A stretch of DNA of 20,000 nt from Halocafeteria seosinensis (lineage: Eukaryota): the NCBI GenBank assembly GCA_001687465.1, contig LVLI01000033.1, forward strand, positions 56,064-76,063, in the 5' to 3' direction. How positions within the stretch are numbered: position 1 is the first letter of the stretch; each line of letters starts with the position of its first letter. Shown piece after piece: positions 1-10,900 of the stretch. A program made the translations under genes and the position numbers. Under the pieces are notes generated by a model. It ran no database searches and was not told the origin of the DNA. It saw nothing but the letters and a program-made list of their open reading frames with translations.

Positions 1-1
1 A

Positions 2-637
2 ATTTCTTTTTTCTACTCGCCGAAGGTTGGGCTTGATGGCTGATACAATGCGAACATTCTCATGAGAGACTGAATGAGACCGCGGATCGACAAATTCAAC
101 AGATGGCCGAGAGTGCTGAGCTGCTCCGCTGCTGGAGGAAGTTGCCGGTGTACTGGTAGTGTGGAGATTCTGGAACAATTTTTTTCCAGACCGGTGGGTT
201 TCATTCATTTTTCTCGTGCTTCGTGCTTTTTCCCCGGCAAATGCAAACTTCCCAGTCGGTCGCTTAGGGCACCCTATGGGCTCCGATATTTCCCGTTCAG
301 GGTTCTTCTTTCCAAGTGGATCAATCGCATTTAGCTCTAGTTCAGGTGCTTGATTGCCATTTACGAGGGTGCTTCTATTCGTTGCTGTTTTATCCCGAGT
401 TTGAGTTGCCAAAGGATTCGCTTGAAACACTGGGAGCTCGTTACCGGATGTGGTCGATTCAATTGTATTTGGAATAATTTGGGTAGAGTGAGTCTCAAGA
501 GAGTTGTTATCTGCATGACAATGCTTCTGCATATTGTCCACAGAGATACCATGGAGCTCAGCATAACGTTGTCTGCGAGGCGATTGTTGCGTCGACGCTT
601 GTATAAAACTAAGAATATCCCGAAGGTACCGAAACAG
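2..637 (-). CDS. Stop-free alternative (-1) frame overlapping the end of GLUG-like gene 1; likely its true cytoplasmic tail, continuing beyond the window start
   Basis: Manual translation: after TAG at 640-638 the frame is open for 212 codons to the window edge (...RYAELHGISVDNMQKHCHADNNSLETHSTQIIPNTIESTTSGNELPVFQANPLATQTRDKTATNRSTLVNGNQAPELELNAIDPLGKKNPEREISEPIG...IKPNLRRVEKRN). It is hydrophilic and disordered-looking, as expected for a cytoplasmic tail. Absent from the ORF track because it has no stop in the window. Confidence 0.6.
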   Translation of the reverse strand, partial: MFRYLRDILSFIQASTQQSPRRQRYAELHGISVDNMQKHCHADNNSLETHSTQIIPNTIESTTSGNELPVFQANPLATQTRDKTATNRSTLVNGNQAPELELNAIDPLGKKNPEREISEPIGCPKRPTGKFAFAGEKARSTRKMNETHRSGKKLFQNLHTTSTPATSSSSGAAQHSRPSVEFVDPRSHSVSHENVRIVSAIKPNLRRVEKRN

Positions 638-3099
638 CTAATCGATGCTGAAACTACCACCTGAGAGGTTGTCCACAGCATTGAATCGGTGCCAGGGGCC
701 GAACCAGTAAGACCTTGCTGGAGGGACAATGACGGGCTACTCGTTGAAACGAGTCCGCTGGAGCTTGCAGTAGGCTTTGAAGTAATAGTGTTGGAGAGCG
801 AATTGCTATTAGAGCCTGTTAAGCTTTGTCTTGGCGAGAGGCCTACTGTGCTCGAGATGGACGCCATAGTACTCTTGGTAGAAGTAGGTGTCTGTGACAC
901 GGAGCTCGAAGGGGTTGGTGACGAAGAAACGGAAGCACTGATACTTTGACTTGAGCTCCCAGTTACACTTCCGGAGTTGGATCGTGACGTCGACACACTA
1001 GGTGTCGACGACCATGTAGAGCTTCGTGAACGACTCGCCGTGCTAGTTGCTGAGTGCGTCGGTGTTGCTGAAGTGGACAATGTAGACGTGGAGGTGGTAG
1101 AGGGAGTGCTTGATGGTGAGACGGAAGGAGACGTCGAGCTGGTAGGACTGGAAGTGAACGTGGTAGTGATTGTGGACGTTACAGTATTAGACTCGGATAT
1201 TGAGGCAGTCGGCGTCTTTGATGTCGTTACCGATACGGTAGGAGTTACCGTGGCAGTCCTCGTAGATCGTGGGGTTGGGGTCGACGATGTAAGTAGTTGA
1301 AAACGAAGAATGGGCAAGTGTTTGGGGCCACTGATGGCCCATGTGCTGTTGCTCCAGAATGGTTGATATAATCGGCCTCTTATATCCTCTAATTCTCCAG
1401 AATTCCCAGTAGTTTTCAAACTACTTGAAGGCTTGGTTCCCACTATTTCTGCAGAGGCGCCGTCTTTAGCGGTCCCGTTATACACACAATAATGCACTTG
1501 GATTTCAGCACTGTTGTCGTTAGGTATACTGCCTATGATTGTACCAGCTTCAGAGTGAGTAACAACACCGGAGGCATAGGTGTCTGCAATATTTAACAAA
1601 CTTTCCTCATGGTTGTCCCCTGTGTGATCCCCTGCAATACCTCCTGAATGTTTTCCATGGATATTTCCTCGAGTATAACAATTAATAATGTGCACATTTC
1701 CGCTGCTAACTGCCGTGCGATGTCCACTAATCCCGCCGCTTTCATCTGCGGATAGTTCTCCAGTGCTGAAACACTCTTCAATATGTACGGTCCCACCACT
1801 GGCTCCAGATCCGCCTCCTATGATTCCACCACTTGCTTCAGCACTTTCTAGAATATCTCCTAACGAGTATGATTGGAAGACGAATACTTCTGCTTGACCG
1901 AAACCAGGATGATCTCCCAAAACACCCCCTGCTACAAACCCACCGATATGTCCCATAGAGTAGCACCGTGTTACATTGACACGCCCTTGATTGTCCCCCA
2001 CATGTTCTCCTGTGATACCACCACCATGGGAATGCTGCGCACTACCTATCTTCCCACTCGAAAATGAATTCATAATCTTGATTTCACCGTTATCTCTACC
2101 ACAATAGGAACCACAGATACCACCGGCTCCGTAGGCGAGAATATCCCCTGTGGAGCTACATGAATCAGCAACAAAAAACCTTTGATCTTTCCGCACTATA
2201 AAACCAGCATGCTCTGCAATTACTCCACCCTTAACGCGCATATTTTTGATCAGTGGAGCATCATCAAAGGACGCAACATGCTCCATAATTGCAAATAGTC
2301 CTTTAAAACCCGCAGTTCCATTCAAGTCAATAACGCCCCCGTAACGTCCTCCACCATCAAACACTTCATTTGCATCCAGCGAGATGTATGTGTCAGCACC
2401 ATACGAATGGACTGCCCATTGTAGCACACTACAATTCATTTGGAACTGTTGCATCTCCGGGACGAAGTGAAAACAGAGTTCGTTTCCCTTCATTATCCTG
2501 TCCCGTAGGTCTGCCCCGTTAACAACAATCCCAAAGGCCAGGAAAAAGACGAAGAGAAACACTCCTAGAACGTCGCACGGGTAGCTCGGTAATGATCTCT
2601 TGATCCACTTGGAGGCGTATCGCATTCTTTCGTGCTGCACTGCTCTCTGGCTGATTCCCATATTGCAGTGAAATACCCTGCTTCCTAGGAAGCCTAAACC
2701 TCCAGCGGCCAGGGTCATTATAGGCAGGCTTGTACTGAGTAAAGATTTCTCTTGCTGTTGATAGTGTGTAATGCTCGGCCCATTTGTAGCAACGCCTTTG
2801 TCCGTTAAAGTGAATCCCAATGCCCCCATACTCGACGCTTTGAAAAAATCGCAGGAGCCGAACCATTCACTTCCACTGGGAAACAATTGTGCTTGCCAGT
2901 TGTCGAGTCCACTCCAACCATTATCTGCGTCGACGATACTTTGGGTTCCCGTGTCATCAGCTGCAGCAGTAGCAGATACCGCATAGATTGATGCTGTGCA
3001 AAGAACCAAGCAGGTTGCGGTGCAACACCTTGACTTTTTTCTATCCTCAGATTTGCTTCCCACGTTCATGTTCTCCCGGCCTTTTACTCGCCTTATCAT
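361..3099 (-). CDS. Surface protein with Gly-rich GLUG-like (putative beta-solenoid) repeats, Ser/Thr-rich stalk and C-terminal transmembrane helix (paralog 1); 3' end probably frameshifted
   Basis: 912-aa uninterrupted ORF. Repeats of the form (C/S)(Y/F)SxGxI...(A/S)GGIxG (e.g. SCSSTGDILAYGAGGICG, CFSTGELSADESGGISG, CYTRGNIHGKHSGGIAG) at ~1300-2514, S/T-rich tract ~690-1296, hydrophobic helix VVVSASISCFGTFGIFLVLY followed by KRRR. Clear homology to 15963-18752. True start uncertain (alternative Met at codon 11). Confidence 0.85.
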   Translation of the reverse strand: MIRRVKGRENMNVGSKSEDRKKSRCCTATCLVLCTASIYAVSATAAADDTGTQSIVDADNGWSGLDNWQAQLFPSGSEWFGSCDFFKASSMGALGFTLTDKGVATNGPSITHYQQQEKSLLSTSLPIMTLAAGGLGFLGSRVFHCNMGISQRAVQHERMRYASKWIKRSLPSYPCDVLGVFLFVFFLAFGIVVNGADLRDRIMKGNELCFHFVPEMQQFQMNCSVLQWAVHSYGADTYISLDANEVFDGGGRYGGVIDLNGTAGFKGLFAIMEHVASFDDAPLIKNMRVKGGVIAEHAGFIVRKDQRFFVADSCSSTGDILAYGAGGICGSYCGRDNGEIKIMNSFSSGKIGSAQHSHGGGITGEHVGDNQGRVNVTRCYSMGHIGGFVAGGVLGDHPGFGQAEVFVFQSYSLGDILESAEASGGIIGGGSGASGGTVHIEECFSTGELSADESGGISGHRTAVSSGNVHIINCYTRGNIHGKHSGGIAGDHTGDNHEESLLNIADTYASGVVTHSEAGTIIGSIPNDNSAEIQVHYCVYNGTAKDGASAEIVGTKPSSSLKTTGNSGELEDIRGRLYQPFWSNSTWAISGPKHLPILRFQLLTSSTPTPRSTRTATVTPTVSVTTSKTPTASISESNTVTSTITTTFTSSPTSSTSPSVSPSSTPSTTSTSTLSTSATPTHSATSTASRSRSSTWSSTPSVSTSRSNSGSVTGSSSQSISASVSSSPTPSSSVSQTPTSTKSTMASISSTVGLSPRQSLTGSNSNSLSNTITSKPTASSSGLVSTSSPSLSLQQGLTGSAPGTDSMLWTTSQVVVSASISCFGTFGIFLVLYKRRRNNRLADNVMLSSMVSLWTICRSIVMQITTLLRLTLPKLFQIQLNRPHPVTSSQCFKRILWQLKLGIKQQRIEAPS

Positions 3100-4963
3100 C
3101 GGGTTCTACAGCTGTTCAAGGTCTGCCTCTCCTCGTCTAATCGCGGGGTTCGATTCTCAGTTGATGAGTGGTGGAATTTGGAAGCTTGGTTCAAGACCTC
3201 GGCACTTTCGGTTCTCCCAAGCCAGCTCCGTTACACAGCACACGAGTCTACCCTATCATTTGCAGTTTATGAACGAGAGAGAAAAGTGCTTACTGTATGT
3301 CCTCCTTGCTCGTTGACTAGTCGCGACGTCCCACAAGAAGCCAGTGAGGTGGTGTACAGGCTATGCGTTTCTCCCACAAGCACAGAGTGGTCTATTCTAC
3401 GTTCTTGTTCGATAATCCTAACAATCCTAGTAATGTGCTGCCATCTTGTGGAGGAGCCAGATTCTCTGACCCAGAGATCGCACACAGCTGCGTTGCGACT
3501 GGTGTCATCGTGCCCCATTTACTCAAAATCAGAATCGTCGGCATATCACTCGCATACTGCTGAATTTTGAATGCCTAGTCAGACAATCGAATCCCATCCC
3601 GGGTGAAGCGCTGCTCGCTTGATACTCGAACTATTTCATGTTGTGGTCACTCAGCACGTTTACTTCTCCGCTCCCATGTATATGACATTGCAAGAATCAT
3701 CAGTGCGACAATGAAGCACCGCCGCTCATTGATTCTAAGAAGTATACTACTGTCTCATCGGTTCATGAGAGAAGCATTGACGAAGATGCTGCCGAATAAC
3801 TTGATTGCCAGTAAGGTAAGATGTGAGACATACCGGCTACTGACTGGAACTACAGACTAGCTTGCGATTTCTGAATTTCTTCCCCTTTCCACTGCCCTAC
3901 TCTTGATGTGATGTGTCGTAGAAGGCAAACTTCTATGGCGGCGATTCCCTTCTATTCGATGAGAATGCGATCTGCGCTTGACTGCAGTTCTCATTGCTGA
4001 AATAGCCTCTTCAGTTGTTTCATGGGATGGAGGAGGATGATCTGTTTGAGAACTTGAGTGTTTTGAGACTCGCTGACTCAAAAGTGGTGCCACATCTAGG
4101 ACAAAGCACTGCTTGAAGGAATTCAGACTGCCTGTACCTACTTCATTTCCCTCATCCCGTAAGTCACAGATGCTGTGCTGGGAGACTGAGCGGGTAGGCC
4201 ACCAGATGTGACACCGTGCGGTCCGTGCCGAATCCATTATGTCGGATGCAGGGCTATTACCGCCGTGGAGGATTATATAACAGCAGGTTTAGTTACATAT
4301 TTAAAGCTGAGGAAGCAGGGGAGGAATAAACCTTGTACCATACGAACATTGGAGCACTTTGGCAAACAGGACGACTCACTCAAACTCCGGTCAAGCAGCA
4401 GTATGGCCCTTCAACCGCATTCAAACAGTACGCCAAGCGCAGAGCTGCTATGCCAAACTCCATCTCTCGAACTGCGCTTTTACTGGCACAGTTTGTAAGC
4501 TCGGTGACTTGTGCCGGTGCGAAGAACAAGCAAGGCTTTGGAAAAGAGCCGTTGCGCGGTCGCATTGCGACCGCCGTTCAATCTGTTTTCCTTGCATAAA
4601 TAAACCATGTACGACACATTAGTCAACATCACGACAGTCGTATCGATTAGGTACCAAGAATTGTATTCATGCCATGCGATCCGCGCGTATCGAGGTGGTG
4701 TGTTTGCTCGAAATAGGTAGTAAGTGCACTGGAGCGGGGAAAGTGAGTCGTTAATCTCGTTTATCTCAGCAAGTGCTTCTATTATTCTTCGCCTTCATCC
4801 AGGGAAATACGCAACCATTTACCACACCACTCAGCATCGATATAAGAGATATGCAGGTGGTAATGAAGGTCTGGAAATCATAATTCGCCCTTCATCACAA
4901 TTTCGGCGTCCAGTTTCGATCTCGGTTCGTTCAAGTCATTTTCATCTGTCCCGCCAAAAATAA

Positions 4964-7900
4964 ATGGTTCGTTGCGAAAGTGCAACCAGGACGGCTAGAA
5001 TATCGATGGTAGGCGGTGGAATGCTCGTGGTAGCTGGGTTGATCCTCCTTCTTGCTGAAACCCGCAAAGCTCCAGAGAAACCAACGCAAGCTTCCAGGCA
5101 CAGTGAGTACCATCCAGAGACTGCATCGGCCCCAATGGCCACTGAGGAGAAACGAAACGAATTGAGAAGGATCCCGCCTGGTGCGGCGCTACCCCCCGTG
5201 GATGCAACACATCCTGTGATGAAAGACCAGGAAGTCATCTTCGCGCGAAGGCTGGCGGACGATGCATCGTCATGTTGCAGCATCGAGGATAATGTTCTCG
5301 AAAAGTGTAGCGATTGCACTCTAGGAGCTATTGTGTACGTTAACAGCTCTGGAGTACTTATTGCTGTAGACCAACCTTTGCTGTATTTGTGTCTCCCTCC
5401 GCAGAGATTTAAGTGGCCTAGGACTGGTTGAGGTGAAGAACGGTGCCTTCTCTGGGACTAACAAGGATGACGTTGGCACGATGTGGGTGTACACCGGTTC
5501 GTCAGAAAAGTTTCTGGGCTGATAAAGTGTTACTTGTCCGCAGGAATTTTAGTACAAACCAACTGTCGTCCCTATCAAACAATATTTTCAACGGATTTTC
5601 AAACTTGGAAACCATGTAAGATAATCATTTTATAACGCATGTATGCTCCTCCATTATTGGCTAACAGTTATTCTCTCAACCATGCAGTGACCTGAGCAAG
5701 AACGTTTTTGAAAGTCTTCCAACCGGCATCTTTGATGCACCACCTGTTGTCAAAATGTGAGATGGCAAATATCAAAGCTCTTAGGAGTACTGAACTCAAG
5801 CATTTTATGCGTTGCAGTGATCTGCAAAGTAACCAGTTCAGTGAAATTGATGCTTCCCTGTTTGAAGGTTTAGACTATTTATCCTACGTGTAAGTGATAA
5901 GTTGTGACATTAAACTATCCATCTCCTGCGCCAATGCAACTTGCGTTCAAATTCCACAGAAATTTAGACAACAACCTGTTAGAATCGCTTGAGCAAAGCG
6001 TCATCCAGGAGCTGGCGGGTGTGCGAGAACTGTGAGTTACTTTCGTTTTGTCTGAAGACACTGTGTAACGTCTTTACCATTTTGCCGCTGTACTGCAGAT
6101 ATCTAAGAGGTAACGAGCTGAACTACTTGGTGAGATGCTCACTTGAAGCATTCGATGAAGCAAATAAGAGCGTCTCGCTATTTTTGGCGGCAAACCCGGG
6201 TGCGACGCAACCATGTACAGACTATTCGAGTTACCAGTCGCACCCAATCATTGACGATACGAAGTTCTGCATATTGGAATGCTCTTCTCCCAGCCCTACT
6301 GCTAGCGTCAGCGCGACCCCTTGGGAAACTAGCACATCTACATCAACTTCATCTTCGACGCCATCGACTTCGCACACGTCGAGCCCTACTGCTAGTGCTT
6401 CCGTTAGCGCCACTCTTACATCGAGTATATCCCCGACCTCGTCCGCAAGCTTGACTGCAACCTCTTCCTCCTCATGCTCGCCTACGCCTTCTTCTACTCC
6501 AACGCCTTCGACATCGCCCACGTCCAGCCCTACCGTTAGTGCCTCCGTCAGCACCACTCTTACATCGAGTATGTCCTCGACCTCGTCCGCAAGCTTGACT
6601 GCAACTTCTTCCTCCTCATGCTCGCTTACTCCTTCCTCTTCGACCAGCACTACTCCTAGTGTTTCACTCAGTGCTAGCGCTACCGCTTCGGGAAGTGGAT
6701 CACCGACTCCGTCCAAAAGCTCCAGTGCAACGAAGTGTTCTCCGTGCTCATCGACAGCTTCGTCTTCGTTCACCACGGGCACTTTTCCTACCTCTTCTAG
6801 TAGCGCCAGCATGTCTTCGAGTAGCGCATCGACACTGTTTACTACAACAGGGTCACCGTCCGGCTCGTTCACGAGTTCGTCGTCGTACACTGCCAGCACT
6901 TCTCCTAGCCCCTCTAGGAGCACCAGGATTTCTGCAAGTAGCTCATCGACATTGTTCACCACAGCACTGCCCCCATCAGGTTCGTTCACGAGTTCGGCTT
7001 CGAACACCGCGACCACCTCTCCTACCCCCTCTAGCAGCACCAGCATTGCTTCCAGTAGCTCATCGACATTGTTCACCACAACGCAGTCCCCATCGGGCTC
7101 GTCCAGCAGATACCCGACCATGTCGAAGAACGCTACGGCAGCACCCTCCTCTTCCGGCTCATCAACAGCCTCGTCTTCCTACAGCGTCTCATCCAGTCCT
7201 AGAACTAGTTCAAGTAGTTTGCCGATCTCACCCTCTGCAACAATCTCCTCCTCTCGTTCGTCCACGCCTTTCCGCTCGGACGGTTTAAGCGCAACATCTA
7301 GTACGTCATCATCTCCGTCGCATAGCCCCTCAGCGAGAGTCAGTTCAACGGCCTCTTCCTCAGGATCAGCTTCGCGTACACACACAGCCAGTTTTGTTAT
7401 CACATCGAGTGCATTTGCAACTCCCACACGCAGTGAGAGTGCCTCGCTGAGTGCATCGTTAAGCCCGACCCGATCTTCAACATTCACCGCGTCGTCCTCC
7501 AGAACTCCTTCGCTTACATCTACTTCCAGTCCAACGGGGACAGCGGCTCGTAGCCCGAGTGCCTCATTATCCCCGACCAGCCGTTCAAGTGCAACAGCAA
7601 CGGCATCAACCACCGTTTCCCCTACTGGTACCGTTACGCCGACACCTACGAATATCCCACTGCCTCCAAACAGCACTCTCACCCGGATTTCGTCGTGCGG
7701 GAAAGAGCATGACCGTAATTGTATTGGTGCGGAATTCCAGCCTCGAGTGGATGCTACAATCGCTCTAGCTACTCCAGTTCTTCTTAATTCTACTACTCTA
7801 CAAAGCCAATCTGTTACTCAAGTCGAGGTCCAGAGCATCCATGGAGAGCTGCCGTTATTCGGTCTGAGTTGCCGGGAGGCCATGCTGTCGAACTCCACTG

Positions 7901-10900
7901 TGAATGCCGTTTACTCGGGGTGCCAAAGGAAATTCGAGGGAACGGAGTTAGACTTACCGCTTCCTGTACACATGGCGGCTGTTTATCAGGGCAATAAGAC
8001 ATGCAGATCTAGGAGAGCGACTGTGCTATGTACGGAATACTGTTACGAGACTCACTTGAGGTTTGTAGTAAATGCATCTGAGCTACTCGAGACCCAGTTG
8101 AAACTGATGGAGCTTGGCGAGGATCAGTCGAGACAGCGGCGTTTAGGAGAGGACGATCGCTTCTTGGGTCTTCCGTTAGACATTGACATCTATCTCGACG
8201 GCGAACGTGTACTCACTATCCGTCAGGATGTTGTCATCGAGGTTCTGGGCGAAACTACCGCTGAAGTTCAGTTTCCCGTAATCGACCCTCAGTCTGCATA
8301 TCTGTCATCTGAACGTGATGCGGATACGACAGAGCCATTGATTCAAAAATTTCTTCTCACTATGGAAGAGGGGATGGAATGGAGCTGGCGCGCTTCATCA
8401 GATGATGATGCATATGTTACGCTCCCTCCCACTATGCGAGCTTCCTCAACTGGACTGTTTGAACAACGTATCTCAGTGGATGTTCGAAGCGCTCCCTCCG
8501 GATATACAGAACTCGGATTGTCCGTCAATGTCTTCAAAGGGGATGAAGTGGACTCTACTTTACCGGTGAGTCTTTTTCTCTCGATCCATGAAGCGGATGT
8601 TGGTATTGACAGTGACGTTGTAGATGTCAGTCTTAGTATGAGCGAAGGATCTACTAGCCGATCCATTGCCCTCATAAACGAAGGTGATATGGATGCCAAA
8701 TGGCATGCGAGTATCGTATTGAGCAATGGAACAAGGGCACCGTCTACGTTTTGGGTCTCCTTGTATGAAGAGGAAGGTTCTGTCTCGGGCTTTGGTTCCG
8801 TTGAGCTCATTAGTTTGACGTTCAACCCACGTCTGGTGGACAGTACGGGATTACGGGAGAGCTGGCTTTTGGTGGAAACGAACGCGTGGAGTGGAGGTGA
8901 CGATAGAAATCCTAAAGACGTTCCAACTCTAAATGTAGCCGTCTTGAGCGGTGTCAGGTTTTGGCTAAACATTCGATTCTTGGTCACATCCATATTTGTT
9001 TGCGAGGCCTCATCGGTTGAATTGAAACCGACAGACGTACTTACTCAAACGGTAAGCGTTGTCAATACAGAGCTAAAGCCAATCTTCGTAGTACCTCAAA
9101 ACTTTAGGCTCGAGGAAATACAAGCACCATTTCGGAACATCACGTTGACCCCGCGATATTTTGACCGTGAAGTAAAGCTCTCACCTTGGATTAGTGTCTT
9201 TCCCGCCTTTGAAACGATCCGCCCTGGTACTTCATCGAGGTTCCAACTGCAAGTTTCGTACCACGCTCCCGAACTACGCGTATGGGATTTAAATGGTTCG
9301 ATTATTGCAGCGCCATCGCGTCTAAGGGTGAAATTTGACCTAGACGTCTTCTTTGTGGACAAATTTACAACCGTGGACTGGCGAGATGCTGCAGATATCC
9401 GGGAAGTATCAGTGACGATTTCGTTCGTACCTGGACAGGCAGTCGCTGATAACTCGATGATACACTTTAACGCAAGTAGGCCGACCGTCGGAACTGCAGC
9501 TGAGGTAGCCATTGTGCTTAGAGACCTATTCGAGATCGACGGCGCCACAGCCACGTACTCGGGAGCTAACAGCGCCTCTAGGGCCCATCCCACTGCATTT
9601 TCTTTGCAAAGCAACCCGCCAGCAGGAAGCCCTGGTAGTGCTGTTCACTTCAACGATATTCCTGCGCAGTTCCCTGGCTCAATGGTTCAAAGTTTCAATT
9701 TTATGTTCGAATTCATCAACTTAGGTGCTTTCGAAATCGATGTCAGTCTCAACGGAAGCCGTATCGCTCAGAGTCCATTAACGATTCATGTATATTCGGT
9801 AGTCTGTCCTTCGGATAAAGAAGTTCCTGACCCTGGAGGCCTAGAATGCCTCTGCAAAAGCGGGTATCATCGAAAAAGGGGCGACGTCAAATCGGAATGC
9901 GTTACCTGTCCTGAAGGTCAGTTTACTAGCTCCCCCACGAATATAGAAGAGTGCAAACCGTGCCCGTCGAAAACCTTTGCGACAGAAGGAAGCGACATAT
10001 GTTATCCATGTCCAGAGGATGGGGCAACATGTGTAGCAGGAAGACTGCGAATGCGAGATGGCGTTTGGTGCGAACTGTGCTCAGTCGACGAAGGCCCAGC
10101 ACCTCGAAAAGAAATCATTCGTAAAATTAGAGAAGGACAACCGGTGCTTTTTCATGAATGCCGGGATAAGTCTGCCTGCCAAGTGAATGGCACGAGCTTC
10201 TCCAATACTTGCGCAGCAGGCCACAGTGGCCCACTTTGCGATGTCTGCGAAGCGAACTACGTTAAAGTTCACGCGCAGAGGACGTGTATTTCATGTGACA
10301 ACATGCTAGAACATGGTCTATGGACGGCATTTGGTTTGCTTATTATTGTTTGTGCCGTTGTAGTAGTCGCATATAAGAATTCGCAACCGGTGCAAACGTA
10401 CTGGAGTAGCCCCAACATTAAGAGGGAGAACTCTTCGTATAGTTCTCGTAGTGGGTCACAAGGTTCACTGTCGCCGAAGAGGCGAGCACTGCAAAGCAGA
10501 AACTCGTCGTATAGTTCTCGTAGTGGGTCACAAGGCTCACTGTCGCCGAAGAGGCGAGATCTGCAAAGCAGAAAGATTCTGGTTACCCCAAAATCTCAGC
10601 GCGGATCACAGCGTCGCCAGTCCGTGTCCATGCTTCTTGCACCCTCCCGCACTCGTCCTACAACGGCTTCGAATGCTGGAGAGAATTGGAAAAAGGCGTT
10701 GAACGAGCTCATCGTGATCTACTTGGATTACTTGCAAATAATATCCATCATCTCTGCTTTCACGATTTCTCCATTCAACGAGTCGTCATCTTGGTTCTCG
10801 GATGCATCGGACCTATCCCTGTTAAACCCTACGCAATCCCCTCCCTTTCGATGCACAACAGGGTTACACGTTGTCCCGTCGTACATCATATCGATGCTGT

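Noticed and set aside
3178..4963. Short ORFs between GLUG-like 1 and the LRR gene
   Set aside because: They are short, mutually overlapping on both strands and without motifs; treated as intergenic divergent-promoter sequence.
5989..6098. N-terminus of the 1960-aa ORF as given in the track
   Set aside because: It starts at a non-ATG codon and reads out-of-frame exon 6 plus intron 6. The real frame is entered by splicing at 6099.
6231..7682. Val/Glu/Asp/Leu-rich antisense ORFs (also 689-1300, 8343-9614, 16006-16431, 16800-17294)
   Set aside because: They are shadows of the opposite-strand coding sequence; Ser/Thr/Pro-rich codons lack antisense stops.
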